DNA from: Macrostomum lignano
Lineage: Eukaryota
Reading direction: 5' to 3'
Assembly: GCA_002269645.1 (NCBI GenBank)
Contig: NIVC01000871.1
Coordinates: 1-64,000, forward strand
DNA: 64,000 nt
The position numbers were made by a program, and so were the translations under genes. Shown piece after piece: positions 1 through 12,104 of the stretch. Position 1 is the stretch's first letter. The number at the start of each line of letters is the position of its first letter. Under the pieces are notes generated by a model, which had not been told where the DNA came from, made no database searches, and saw only the letters and a program-made list of their open reading frames with translations.

Positions 1-1
1 T

Positions 2-3000
2 CGGGAGGTCGGCGCGCCTCGTCAACCCTGGACGGCTTGCCGCCTCACACGAACGAATCGTGTTCTGCTTCGTGCGACACATAAAGAACTGCCATTGTGC
101 AGCCGGAGTTCGAATTGTGCCTCGCTGATCACGAGTACTTTCAAGCCGGAGATTACCTACGCCGAGATGTAGTGAGTTACTTCGTTTGTTTTTAGAGGGT
201 CTGACAGACAGTCTAGCTGTCCCTCTTGATTGTTAATCTGTTTTTTTATATTCAATAGTGACTAGTTCAGTAGGCAGCGATTCTCATTGCCCTAAAGTGT
301 GATTCTCATTGCCCTAAAGTGTGATTCTCATTGCCCTAAAGTGTGATTCTCATTGCCCTAAAGTGTGATTCTCATTGCCTAAAGTGTGATTCTCATTGCC
401 ATAAAGTGTGATTCTCATTGCCCTAAAGTGTGATTCTCATTGTCATAAAGTGTGATTCTCATTGCCCTAAAGTGTGATTCTCATTGCCCTAAAGTGTGAT
501 TCTCATTGTCATAAAGTGTGATTCTCATTGCCCTAAAGTGTGATTCTCATTGTCATAAAGTGTGATTCTCATTGCCCTAAAGTGTGATTCTCATTGCCCT
601 AAAGGGTGATTCTCATTGCCCTAAGTGTGATTCTCATTGCCCTAAAGTGTGATTCTCATTGCCCTAAAGTGTGATTCTCATTGCCCTAAAGTGTGATTCT
701 CATTGCCATAAAGTGTGATTCTCATTGCCCTAAAGTGTGATTCTCATTGCCCTAAAGTGTGATTCTCATTGCCATAAAGTGTGATTCTCATTGCCCTAAA
801 GTGTGATTCTCATTGCCCTAAAGTGTGATTCTCATTGCCCTAAAGTGTGATTCTCATTGTCATAAAGTGTGATTCTCATTGCCCTAAAGTGTGATTCTCA
901 TTGCCCTAAAGTGTGATTCTCATTGCCATAAAGTGTGATTCTCATTGCCATAAAGTGTGATTCTCATTGCCCTAAAGTGTGATTCTCATTGCCCTAAAGT
1001 GTGATTCTCATTGCCCTAAAGTGTGATTCTCATTGCCCTAAAGTGTCATTCTCATTGCCCTAAAGTGTGATTCTCATTGCCCTAAAGTGTGATTCTCATT
1101 GCCCTAAAGTGTGATTCTCATTGCCCTAAAGTGTGATTCTCATTGCCCTAAAGTGTGATTCTCATTGCCCTAAAGTGTGATTCTCATTGCCCTAAAGTGT
1201 CATTCTCATTGCCCTAAAGTGTCATTCTCATTGCCCTAAAGTGTCATTCTCATTGCCCTAAAGTGTGATTCTCATTGCCCTAAAGTGTGATTCTCATTGC
1301 CCTAAAGTGTGATTCTCATTGCCCTAAAGTGTCATTCTCATTGCCCTAAAGTGTCATTCTCATTGCCCTAAAGTGTGATTCTCATTGCCCTAAAGTGTGA
1401 TTCTCATTGCCATAAAGTGTGATTCTCATTGCCCTAAAGTGTGATTCTCATTGCCCTAAAGTGTGATTCTCATTGCCCTAAAGTGTCATTCTCATTGCCC
1501 TAAAGTGTCATTCTCATTGCCCTAAAGTGTGATTCTCATTGCCCTAAAGTGTGATTCTCATTGCCCTAAAGTGTCATTCTCATTGCCCTAAAGTGTCATT
1601 CTCATTGCCCTAAAGTGTCATTCTCATTGCCCTAAAGTGTCATTCTCATTGCCCCTGAAGTGTGATTCTCATTGCCCTAAAGTGTGATTCTCATTGCCAT
1701 AAAGTGTGATTCTCATTGCCCTAAAGTGTGATTCTCATTGCCCTAAAGTGTCATTCTCATTGCCTAAAGTGTGATTCTCATTGCCCTAAAGTGTGATTCT
1801 CATTGCCCTAAAGTGTGATTCTTATTGCCCTAAAGTGTGATTCTCATTGCCATAAAGTGTGATTCTCATTGCCCTAAAGTGTGATTCTCATTGCCCTAAA
1901 GTGTGATTCTCATTGCCCTAAAGTGTGATTCTCATTGCCCTAAAGTGTGATTATCATTGCCCTAAAGGGTGATTCTCATTGCCCTAAAGTGTGATTCTCA
2001 TTGTCATAAAGTGTGATTCTCATTGCCCTAAAGTGTGATTCTCATTGTCATAAAGTGTGATTCTCATTGCCCTAAAGTGTGATTCTCATTGCCCTAAAGG
2101 GTGATTCTCATTGCCCTAAAGTGTCATTCTCATTGCCCTAAAGTGTCATTCTCATTGCCCTAAAGTGTGATTCTCATTGCCCTAAAGTGTCATTCTCATT
2201 GCCCTAAAGTGTGATTCTCATTGCCCTAAAGTGTCATTCTCATTGCCCTAAAGTGTCATTCTCATTGCCCTAAAGTGTGATTCTCATTGCCCTAAAGTGT
2301 GATTCTCATTGCCATAAAGTGTGATTCTCATTGCCCTAAAGTGTGATTCTCATTGCCCTAAAGTGTGATTCTCATTGCCCTAAAGTGTCATTCTCATTGC
2401 CCTAAAGTGTCATTCTCATTGCCCTAAAGTGTCATTCTCATTGCCCTAAAGTGTGATTCTCATTGCCCTAAAGTGTCATTCTCATTGCCTAAAGTGTGAT
2501 TCTCATTGCCCTAAAGTGTCATTCTCATTGCCCTAAAGTGTCATTCTCATTGCCCTGAAGTGTGATTCTCATTGCCCTAAAGTGTGATTCTCATTGCCCT
2601 AAAGTGTGATTCTCATTGCCATAAAGTGTGATTCTCATTGCCCTAAAGTGTGATTCTCATTGCCATAAAGTGTGATTCTCATTGCCCTAAAGTGTGATTC
2701 TCATTGCCCTAAAGTGTGATTCTCATTGTCATAAAGTGTGATTCTCATTGCCATAAAGTGTGATTCTCATTGCCCTAAAGTGTGATTCTCATTGCCCTAA
2801 AGTGTGATTCTCATTGCCCTAAAGTGTGATTCTCATTGCCCTAAAGTGTGATTATCATTGCCCTAAAGGGTGATTCTCATTGCCCTAAAGTGTGATTCTC
2901 ATTGTCATAAAGTGTGATTCTCATTGCCCTAAAGTGTGATTCTCATTGCCCTAAAGGGTGATTCTCATTGCCCTAAAGTGTGATTCTCATTGTCATAAAG

Positions 3001-6000
3001 TGTGATTCTCATTGCCCTAAAGTGTGATTCTCATTGCCCTAAAGGGTGATTCTCATTGCCATAAAATGTAATTCTCATTGTCATAAAGTGTGATTCTCAT
3101 TGCCCTAAAGTGTGATTCTCATTGCCCTAAAGTGTGATTCTCATTGTCATAAAGTGTGATTCTCATTGCCCTAAAGTGTGATTCTCATTGTCATAAAGTG
3201 TGATTCTCATTGCCCTAAAGTGTGATTCTCATTGCCCTAAAGGGTGATTCTCATTGCCCTAAAGTGTGATTCTCATTGTCATAAAGTGTGATTCTCATTG
3301 CCCTAAAGTGTGATTCTCATTGCCCTAAAGGGTGATTCTCATTGCCATAAAATGTAATTCTCATTGTCATAAAGTGTGATTCTCATTGCCCTAAAGTGTG
3401 ATTCTCATTGCCCTAAAGTGTGATTCTCATTGCCCTAAAGGGTGATTCAACATCAGTCTGATTACAGTTTTCAAGTTAGCGACAATTTTAACTTAAAACA
3501 CTAAAAACTTACTAAAATGTTTAAGGCTCTGTAAAATAAAGATCACCAATCTAAATAAATCTACAGCTTTATACAACACGTGGATCGCGTCATTCAAGAG
3601 GACTATGTGCCAACGCTGCAAGATATTTTGGCCATTCGCAAGCCGAGCGACGCAGTCAGACAGACCGAATTTCAAATTGCTGGCACCACTTTTCGGTGAG
3701 CTTAAAGCGGATGCAGAATGTTCTGTGTCTACTTTCCTGTCGCTTCTGTGTCCACCTCTTTGTACTCGCTTTGTCCACCTCCCTGTCGCTGTAGTGTCCA
3801 TTTACTGGTCGCTGCTGTGTCCACCTCGTTGCATCCGCTGTGTCCACCTTCCTGTCACTGTTGTGTCCACCTCTTTGCATCCGCTGTGTCCACCTCTCTG
3901 TCGCTGTTATGTCCATCTTCCTGTCGCTGTTATGTCCATCTTCCTGTCACTGTTGTGTCCATCTTCCTGTCACTGTTGTGTCCATCTTCCTGTCGCTGTG
4001 TGTGTCCACCTTTCTGTCGCTGTTATGTCAATCTTCCTGTCGCTGTTATGTCCATCTTCCTGTCACTGTTGTGTCCATCTTCCTGTCACTGTTGTGTCCA
4101 TCTTCCTGTCACTGTTGTGTCCATCTTCCTGTCGCTGTGTGTGTCCACCTTTCTGTCGCTGTTATGTCAATCTTCCTGTCGCTGTTATGTCCATCTTCCT
4201 GTCACTGTTGTGTCCATCTTCCTGTCACTGTTGTGTCCATCTTCCTGTCACTGTTGTGTCCATCTTCCTGTCACTGTTGTGTTCATCTTCCTGTCGCTGT
4301 GTGTTTCTACCTCTCTGTCGCTGTTATGTCCATCTTCCTGTCGCTGTGTGTGTCCAGCTCTCTGTCGCTGTGTGTGTCCAGCTCTCTGTCGCTGTGTGTG
4401 TCCAGCTCTCTGTCGCTGTGTGTGTCCAGCTCTCTGTCGCTGTTGTGTCCATTTCCCGGTCGCTGTTGAGTCCACCTTTTTGCATCCGCTGTGTCCACCT
4501 CCCAGCCTCCAATGTGTCTGTTTCCCTAAATTCCCTAAATTCAACTCCCTAAAATGTTTTGTGTCCACCTCCTTGAATCTGAATCATCTGTGTACACCCC
4601 CTGTCTATCTGTGTACACCCCCTGTCTATCTGTGTACACCCCCTATCTGTGTACACCCCCTATCTGTGTACACCCCTGTCTATCTGTGTACACCCCCTGT
4701 CTATCTGTGTACATCCCTGTCTATCTGTGTACACCCCCTGTCTATCTGTGTACACCCCCTGTCTATCTGTGTACACCCCTGTCTATCTGTGTACACCTCC
4801 TGTCTATCTGTGTACACCCCTATCTGTGCGCACCCCCTGTCTATCTGTGTCCGACCTCCTTGGCTTTTTCATCACATCTGGATATCATCAGCCAAGTCAA
4901 TCAATTTATCTGCAATAAAAATCCGCCCAATTTTCATTCAAAACGACAGCATGATCGATCTGGCAGGCCAGAGAAGCCAGCGGCACAAGTGGATTCACTA
5001 TTTCGAAGACGTCAACGCAGTGCTATTCGTCAGCTCTCTGTCTGGCTTCGGCGAGCTTGTCGAAGAGGAGGACAGAACGGTGAGAAACCACGCACGTCTT
5101 TCTAAATCATTAATCATCATAAATCATGTCATAAACAGACAATCCATCCGTACATTCTCCAGACAATTAAAATGTCCGACTGTCTATCAACATTCAGCGA
5201 GATCATCAGCAACAAGTACCTGTGGAAGAAGGATTTCTTTCTGTTCTTAAACAAATTGGACGTGTTCGAGCAGAAGTTGAAGTCCAAGAGTATTACAGGA
5301 CTGTTTCCGGACTATCGAGGTGAGATTTTTCAGAGAAATCGCCCCTGGTTATCCAAGCAAATCACCCTGATTATCCATCAAAATCGCCCTGATTATCCAT
5401 CAAAATCGCCCTGATTATCCATCAAAATCGCCCTGATTATCCAAGCAAATCGCCTTGATTAACCAGGAAAATCGACCTGATTATCCATCAAAATCGCCCC
5501 GATTATCCATCAAAATCGCCCTCATTATCCATCAAAATCGCCCTGATTATCCATCAAAATCGCCCTCATTATCCATCAAAATCGCCCTGATTATCCATCA
5601 AAATCGCCCTGATTATCCAAGAAAATCGCCCTAATTATCAAGAAAATCGCCCTGGCTATCGAAGAAAATCGCCCTGATTATCCAAGAAAATCGCCCTGAT
5701 TTTCCAACGAAATCTCCCACATTATCCAACGAAATCGCCATTTTTTTCTTGAAAATCGCTCCGATTATCCAAGAAAATTACCCTGATTATTCAAGAAAAT
5801 CACCCTGATTATCCAAGAAAATTGCCCTGATTATCTGAAAAAATCGCCCCTAATATAGATAACAACGAACAAACAGAATCGAGACATCAAGTTTGATCCT
5901 CCTCAATCGTCCTCAATCTCCAGGCCACGACGAGGTGAACCAGTGCGCGCAGTACATCAAGGAGAAGTTCACCAGCCTCATACCGAAGAACATGCCAAAG

Positions 6001-6123
6001 TCCAAGAGAATCTACACGCACCTCATCACGGCCATAGACATTGACAGCATGAAGCCCCTGTTCAAAGAAGTGCTGCATCGAATCGCTGAGGCGAACTTGA
6101 AGAAGAGCATCACGATTTTTTAG
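2..6123 (+). CDS. Heterotrimeric G-protein alpha subunit, divergent, 5'-partial; exons <2..171, 3567..3695, 4950..5079, 5163..5319, 5924..6123
   Basis: Spliced translation with GT-AG junctions and consistent phases: ...EMY/FIQHVDRVIQEDYVPTLQDILAIRKPSDAVRQTEF (switch I region), MIDLAGQRSQRHKWIHYFEDVNAVLFV (G3/switch II), FLFLNKLDVFEQKL (G4 NKxD), IYTHLITAID (G5), ending LKKSITIF* at 6123. The P-loop exon lies upstream of the window. The frame of exon <2..171 rests on splice phase only. Confidence 0.92.
279..3448 (+). repeat. 22-bp minisatellite (GATTCTCATTGCCCTAAAGTGT)n, about 144 copies, fills G-alpha intron
   Basis: Directly visible tandem array with few variant units; copy number estimated from length/period. 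Confidence 0.97.
3720..4500 (+). repeat. About 23-25-bp degenerate minisatellite (GTGTCCATCTTCCTGTCACTGTT) in G-alpha intron
   Basis: Visible tandem units; source of the spurious Cys/Leu/Ser-rich ORFs at 3605-5250. Confidence 0.9.
4588..4850 (+). repeat. About 21-bp minisatellite (ACACCCCCTGTCTATCTGTGT) in G-alpha intron
   Basis: Visible tandem units. Confidence 0.9.
5335..5850 (+). repeat. 22-bp minisatellite (AAATCGCCCTGATTATCCATCA) in last G-alpha intron
   Basis: Visible tandem units, degenerating towards the 3' end. Confidence 0.9.
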
Positions 6124-6311
6124 TCTAGCTTGCAAATTCTATGAACTAAACAGTCAAATTACTAACTTATGTACTTTTGTCACCAAAGGGATCAAACAGG
6201 CTTATTATACGCAACAGTACCTTGCACCTTGCAAATCAAATTGTTGCGACTTTGTATAAATGTAACTAAACACTAATAAATACATAGATACTGACACAAA
6301 CAAACAATCGA

Positions 6312-7190
6312 TTGACACAAACCATTACTCTTAATAACACAAATCATTACTCTACTGACACAAATCAATACTTTACTGACATAAATCATTACTTTACTGA
6401 CACAAATCATTACTTTACTGACACAAATCATTACTTTACTGACATAAATCATTACTTTACTGACATAAATCATTACTTTACTGACAAAAATCAATACTTT
6501 ACTGACAAAAATCATTACTTTACTGACACAAATCATTACTTTACTGACACAAATCAATACTTTACTGACATAAATCATTACTTTACTGACAAAAATCAAT
6601 ACTTTACTGACACAAATCATTACTTTACTGACACAAATCAATACTTTACTGACATAAATCATTACTTTACTGACACAAATCATTACTTTACTGACACAAA
6701 TCAATACTTTACTGACATAAATCATTACTTTACTGACAAAAATCATTACTTTACTGACACAAATCATTACTTTACTGACACAAATCAATACTTTACTGAC
6801 ATAAATCATTACTTTACTGACACAAATCATTACTTTACTGACACAAATCATTACTTTACTGACACAAATCATTACTTTACTAACACAAATCATAAACCTA
6901 CTGACACAAATCATTAATTTACTGACACAAATCATTACTTTACTGACACAAATCATTACTTTACTAACACAAATCATAAACCTACTGACACAAATCATTA
7001 ATTTACTGACACAATTCATAAACCTACTGACACAAATCATTAATTTACTGACACAATTCATAAACCTACTGACACAAACCATTACTCTACTGACACAAAT
7101 CATTACTCTACTGACACAAATCATTACTTTACTGACATAAATCATTAATGTACTGACACAAGTTATTAATCTACTGACACAAATTTTAAA
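6312..7190 (+). repeat. 21-bp minisatellite (TTTACTGACACAAATCATTAC) between the G-alpha 3' end and BRCA2 exon 4
   Basis: Visible tandem units; gives the 7-aa periodic ORFs (YFTDTNH). Confidence 0.95.
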
Positions 7191-7267
7191 TCTGCTCGCA
7201 CAATATAAGAAGAGGTCAATCCCACATAAGCAAGACAACAACAGTATCCACTAGTTAAAGCACTCAC

Positions 7268-10200
7268 CGGTGTCCCAAAACGAACTCTCTATCATAGCGA
7301 TACCTCAGCTGGTGCAGCAGGTGTTCCGGGCTGAAATATTTCACCCCAAAATCTTCATCGGGGGCAGCTGCGCCTCTGGCCGACATTCGCCATACCAGCA
7401 ACCGGTAATGATTGCGAAGCCAAGCCTCTGTGAGAGCCGGGGCTCGAATCCCAGGCTGAGAGCGCAACTTCGTGAGCAGCTCCGACCAACCCGTGCCGTC
7501 AGAGAAACGAAAATCGCCGGCCAATTCGAAGTCCATGGTCGGCTGGAGACCGGCGGAGTCGGGAATCGGGGAGGCAGACAGGCTGACTCGCTCGCCCGAT
7601 GCGGCAAGGCGGAGTCTGGCCAGGCTGAGTTCGCCCAGGCCCTTCTCCGTGGCCTGCTGAGGGGGCGCAAAAACATGATTGAACTGCATTCACCTTTGAC
7701 GGACGTCTGCGCTGGATCTGGGAGGCTGGTGGGCCATCATCTGAGGATCTGGGAGGCTGGCCCAGCAACTGGAGGGATCTGAGAATGGAGGCCCAGCAAC
7801 TGGAGGGATCTGAGAATGGAGGCCCAGCAACTGGAGGGATCTGAGAATGGAGGCCCAGCAACTGGGGATCTGAGAATGGGGGCCTAGCAACTGGGGATCT
7901 GAGAATGGGGGCCTAGCAACTGGGGATCTGAGAATGGGGGCCCAGCAACTGGGGACCTGAGAATGGAGGCCCAGCAATTGGGGATCTGAGAATGGAGGCC
8001 CAGCAACACAGAATCTGTAACCCGCAGTTCACACAAACCGCAGCAGCAGTCGGAGCAGTCGGAGTCTGCGGCTGCAACTGTCGCCGAGGAGCAGCGGCAG
8101 GCGAGGGCGCGGGCTTGAACCGGTAGAACGCACCCTTAGTAGCCGGAGTCGCCGAAGACGCCGAAGCAGCCCCACCTACTGGCGTGTTCAGCCGAGGCGT
8201 CCGATGCTGCACCAGCATGGGGGTGGTCCGTGGCCTCGGCATCTGCTGTCTGGGAGTGGACATGGAATTCGGAGTCTGCGGACTTGGTTGAGCAGCTTTG
8301 GTCGAAGGATTTGCCGGAGCGGAATCCTCATTCTCAGCGGCCGCAGCCAGGGCTTTGGCCCGAGCCATGGCGCTGGCCGAGACCTGCACAGCCCGACCGC
8401 CCGCTGTGGAGAAGCCGCCGCCAGCCCCGCCACTAGAAGTACTTGGAGCTGTGGCAGCCGAGCTGCATCTGGGACTGTCTTTATCGGCTTCATCAAGCAG
8501 TTTCTGCGCTCGCTTTAACGCCGAAGCTGAAACGCCAACCGAACGACCGCCTGCGGTGGAGAAGCCGGCCGGACCCTGATTGACAGGCCTGTTGTTACTA
8601 ACGGGTTCCAGTTCCGCGTCCTCGGCTAGCTGCCGCGCCTTACGCAGAGCGGACGTCGATACTTGCAAAGATTTACCACCGGCGGTTGAAAACCCGCCCT
8701 TCATATCGACGCTTTCTGGCGACAATTTCCTACCAGATTCGGCAAGATTCTCGTTGCTCCGATGGTTGGCCGCCTCATCCTCCAATTGTTTGGCTTTTCG
8801 CATGGCCTCAGCTGAGAAGCTGACCAATCTGCCTGAGGCTGTACAGAACCCAGCAGGATTTTTCAAAGCACTGTTCACACCGCTGGAAGGTTTACCAATG
8901 TTACTTCGCAGCCAGCTAGTGTCCTCGTCTTCCTCTTCGAGGTCTTTGTCTCTAAGATCTTTATCCGTTAGGTCTTTGTCCCTGTCCAGCCTAGCTGCAC
9001 TTTCAGCCAGCACATTCTGTGTAAAGTTCAAGCTGCAGTCGGCTAGAAGAGCCTCGACGCCTTCTTTCACGTCGCGAATTTGCGTAGCAGTCAAATCGCC
9101 GTAATCCATTTCGCCTACTGAGTTCGAGTCGGTTGCTGCTGGCTTATTTTGTGCTTCGTCTGTCAGCCGGACAGGTGGAACTGGGTCAGGACAGTTGCTA
9201 CGCGGCTCTGGTGGGCTGGTGCGCCGCCTGGATGCAATCCGACAGTCCAAAGCCTCGCGAGCTTCCGCGGTGACAATGGCGACATCTTGGCGCGTCTCGG
9301 CGTCAGTAGGATAAACCAGAGGCACCGACCAGTGGGCCAAGAGTTTCAGAAGGTCTCGATGCGGCCGCAACGATGGAATGTTGTCCAGATAGAATGGCTG
9401 CGGGAGAATGCACTTTGCTACTGTTACTCCAGTTGGCATTTGTACCCCGGCGCCTGAATACTGAGCACACAAGCGAGCCAATACAGTTCTGCAGGCACTC
9501 ATGCACACGCTCACACAGGGTGTACACGAACCTCGAAAGCTACGGTGGTCTCGGCAGCAGCAGCAGCTGTGGCAGTGGCGGGCCGTAGCGCTGGATCGCA
9601 ACAGTCCAGATCGTCATCAAGCGAGGCAGCGCACTGCTGATTGACAGCTGCTGCTGATGTTGCTGCTGGAGCAGCTGCTGATGTTGCTGCTGGAGCAGCT
9701 GCAGCTGTCGGCTCAGGGGTTGCCGGCTTTGAGACTGCGGGATGGAGAGATTTTTATCAACATGAGATCTGGTAAGCTTGCCTAGCAACTGAGGATCTGG
9801 TAAGCTTGCCTAGCAACTGAGGATCTGGTAAGCTTGCCTAGAAACTGAGGATCTGGTAAGCTTGCCTAGCAACTGAGGATCTGGTAAGCTTGCCTAGCAA
9901 CTGAGGATCTGGTAAGCTTGCCTAGCAACTGAGGATCTGGTAAGCTTGCCTAGCAATTGAGGATCTGGTAAGCTTGCCTAGCAACTGAGGATCTGGTAAG
10001 CTTGCCTAGCAACTGAGGATCTGGTAAGCTTGCCTAGCAATTGAGGATCTGGTAAGCTTGCCTAGCAACTGAGGATCTGGTAAGCTTGCCTAGCAACTGA
10101 GGATCTGGTAAGCTTGCCTAGCAACTGAGGATCTGGTAAGCTTGCCTAGCAACTGAGGATCTGGTAAGCCTGCCTAGCAACTGAGGATCTGGTAAGCTTG

Positions 10201-11611
10201 CCTAGCAACTGAGGATCTGGTAAGCTTGCCTAGCAACTGAGGATCTGGTAAGCTTGCCTAGCAACTGGGGATCTGGTAAGCTTGTCTAGCAACTTAGGAT
10301 GTGGTAAGCTTGCCTAGCAACTGAGGATCTGGTAAGCTTGTCTAGCAACTGAGTATCTGGTAAGCTTGCCTAGCAACTGAGGATCTGGTAAGCTTGCCTA
10401 GCAACTGAGGATCTGGTAAGCTTGCCTAGCAACTGAGGATCTGGGAGGCTGGGTCAGCAACTTAGGATCTGGTAAGCTTGCCTAGCAACTGAGGATCTGG
10501 TAAGCTTGCCTAGCAACTGAGGATCTGGTAAGCTTGCCTAGCAACTGAGGATCTGGTAAGCTTGCCTAGCAATTGAGGATCTGGTAAGCTTGCCTAGCAA
10601 CTGAGGATCTGGTAAGCTTGCCTAGCAACTGAGGATCTGGTAAGCTTGCCTAGCAACTGAGGATCTGGTAAGCTTGCCTAGCAATTGAGGATCTGGTAAG
10701 CTTGCCTAGCAACTGAGGATCTGGTAAGCTTGCCTAGCAACTGAGGATCTGGTAAGCTTGCCTAGCAATTGAGGATCTGGTAAGCTTGCCTAGCAACTGA
10801 GGATCTGGTAAGCTTGCCTAGCAACTGAGGATCTGGTAAGCTTGCCTAGCAACTGAGGATCTGGTAAGCCTGCCTAGCAACTGAGGATCTGGTAAGCTTG
10901 CCTAGCAACTGAGGATCTGGTAAGCTTGCCTAGCAACTGAGGATCTGGTAAGCTTGCCTAGCAACTGGGGATCTGGTAAGCTTGTCTAGCAACTTAGGAT
11001 GTGGTAAGCTTGCCTAGCAACTGAGGATCTGGTAAGCTTGTCTAGCAACTGAGTATCTGGTAAGCTTGCCTAGCAACTGAGGATCTGGTAAGCTTGCCTA
11101 GCAACTGAGGATCTGGTAAGCTTGCCTAGCAACTGAGGATCTGGGAGGCTGGGTCAGCAACTTAGGATCTGGTAAGCTTGCCTAGCAACTGAGGATCTGG
11201 TAAGCTTGCCTAGCAACTGAGGATCTGGTAAGCTTGCCTAGCAACTGAGGATCTGGGAGGCTTAGCGGTCGCCCAGCAAATGAGGGTCCAGAAGGCTTCA
11301 ATACTGAACTTGTAAACTACATTGTATGCATTAGAGACGTATTTTGCTAGAGGATTTGTTGATTTCTAGAAGGGTAAATGTAAAACCCTAAAGATGCTAC
11401 TAACTTGACAAAGTAGTTCAGTAAGTTCGGTAAATCCCCACTCACGCGACTGAGCAATCTCGGGCGTGACCAACGCCCAGAAGTCATTCTGCTGCCCAGC
11501 TGAGTCGCCGGTGTCGCCCAGGTCGTCCCGGTGCAAACTGTCGTGTACGAATTCGATCAGACTGGCCACGCTGGCTTTCAATTCGACATTGTGCCCGATG
11601 GGTATCGACAT
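7268..11611 (-). CDS. BRCA2: BRCA2 orthologue, 3'-incomplete in window; exons 11446..11611, 9532..9734, 8039..9397, 7268..7683 (about 715 aa)
   Basis: Four BRC repeats (GFCTASGRLVSFSAEAMRKAKQL, GFSTAGGKSLQVS, GFSTAGGRSVGVSASALKRAQKLLDE, GFSTAGGRAVQVS). Helical domain EAWLRNHYRLLVWRM...SPEHLLHQLRYRYDREF, preceded by GELSLARL. N-terminus MSIPIG...DDLG...W recalls vertebrate MPIG...DLG..W. GT-AG junction phases (1, 0, 0) are consistent; the exon 3/4 boundaries are less certain. Confidence 0.9.
7715..8008. repeat. 27-28-bp minisatellite (GGATCTGAGAATGGAGGCCCAGCAACTG family) in BRCA2 intron 3
   Basis: Visible tandem units sharing the GGATCTG...CCCAGCAACTG core with arrays at 9765, 13175 and 45525. 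Confidence 0.9.
9765..11260. repeat. 28-bp minisatellite (GAGGATCTGGTAAGCTTGCCTAGCAACT), about 53 copies, BRCA2 intron 1
   Basis: Visible tandem array; variant units recur at a 700-bp spacing. Confidence 0.96.
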
Positions 11612-12104
11612 TCGATTGCTATTTAGTTGCTATGCACTATTTTTAGAGATCGGTACGGGTTAGTAGGCAGTCTGGTACTTGTTAGAGATGGATTCTTGGT
11701 CGCTGAAAGTAGTATATAAGTACGATAAGTACACACGAGTGCCATTGAATTTCCTCAAAAAAATATGACTGAAGATGTATCCGTGAGGTAATTATGTTCT
11801 GATCTGAGTTGTGCTCGGTGTTTCAATTACTTTTCTGTTAATCCTGCATTGCATAAGTCATATTATCTACTCGTAGATTGCTGCTATGCGAGTGCAAATA
11901 GACAGCTGAAGTCAATTAATGTCAGTTGTGCCAGACAACACTGTAGTGCATGGTAATAAACTTGCAGTCCCTTTCCCAATAATTTAGCATTGTCGAAATC
12001 GTGAAGCTTTTTGAGCAAATTGGGCTAGTGACAGTGCCTAGGAAGATTTTTTGACGATGTTTATTATCGAACTCAAGAATTTTTTAGCTTGTCAAGCATC
12101 GAGT

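Noticed and set aside
279-3448. CRISPR-like regular repeat arrays (here and at 9765, 20341, 50715)
   Set aside because: The units are head-to-tail with no unique spacers, there are no cas genes, and the context is eukaryotic introns.
3605-5105. Long Cys/Leu/Ser/Val-rich ORFs (315, 510, 209 and 183 aa)
   Set aside because: They are translations of intronic minisatellites; only 4950..5079 is a real G-alpha exon.
6273-7241. 322-aa and 201-aa periodic ORFs
   Set aside because: A 21-bp tandem repeat stays open in some frames by construction; there is no domain signal.
9398-9601. N-terminal extension MRSSATARHCHSCCCC... of the 562-aa ORF
   Set aside because: It lies in intron 2 and in the wrong frame of exon 2; splice sites at 9531 and 9398 give a phase-consistent BRCA2 without it.
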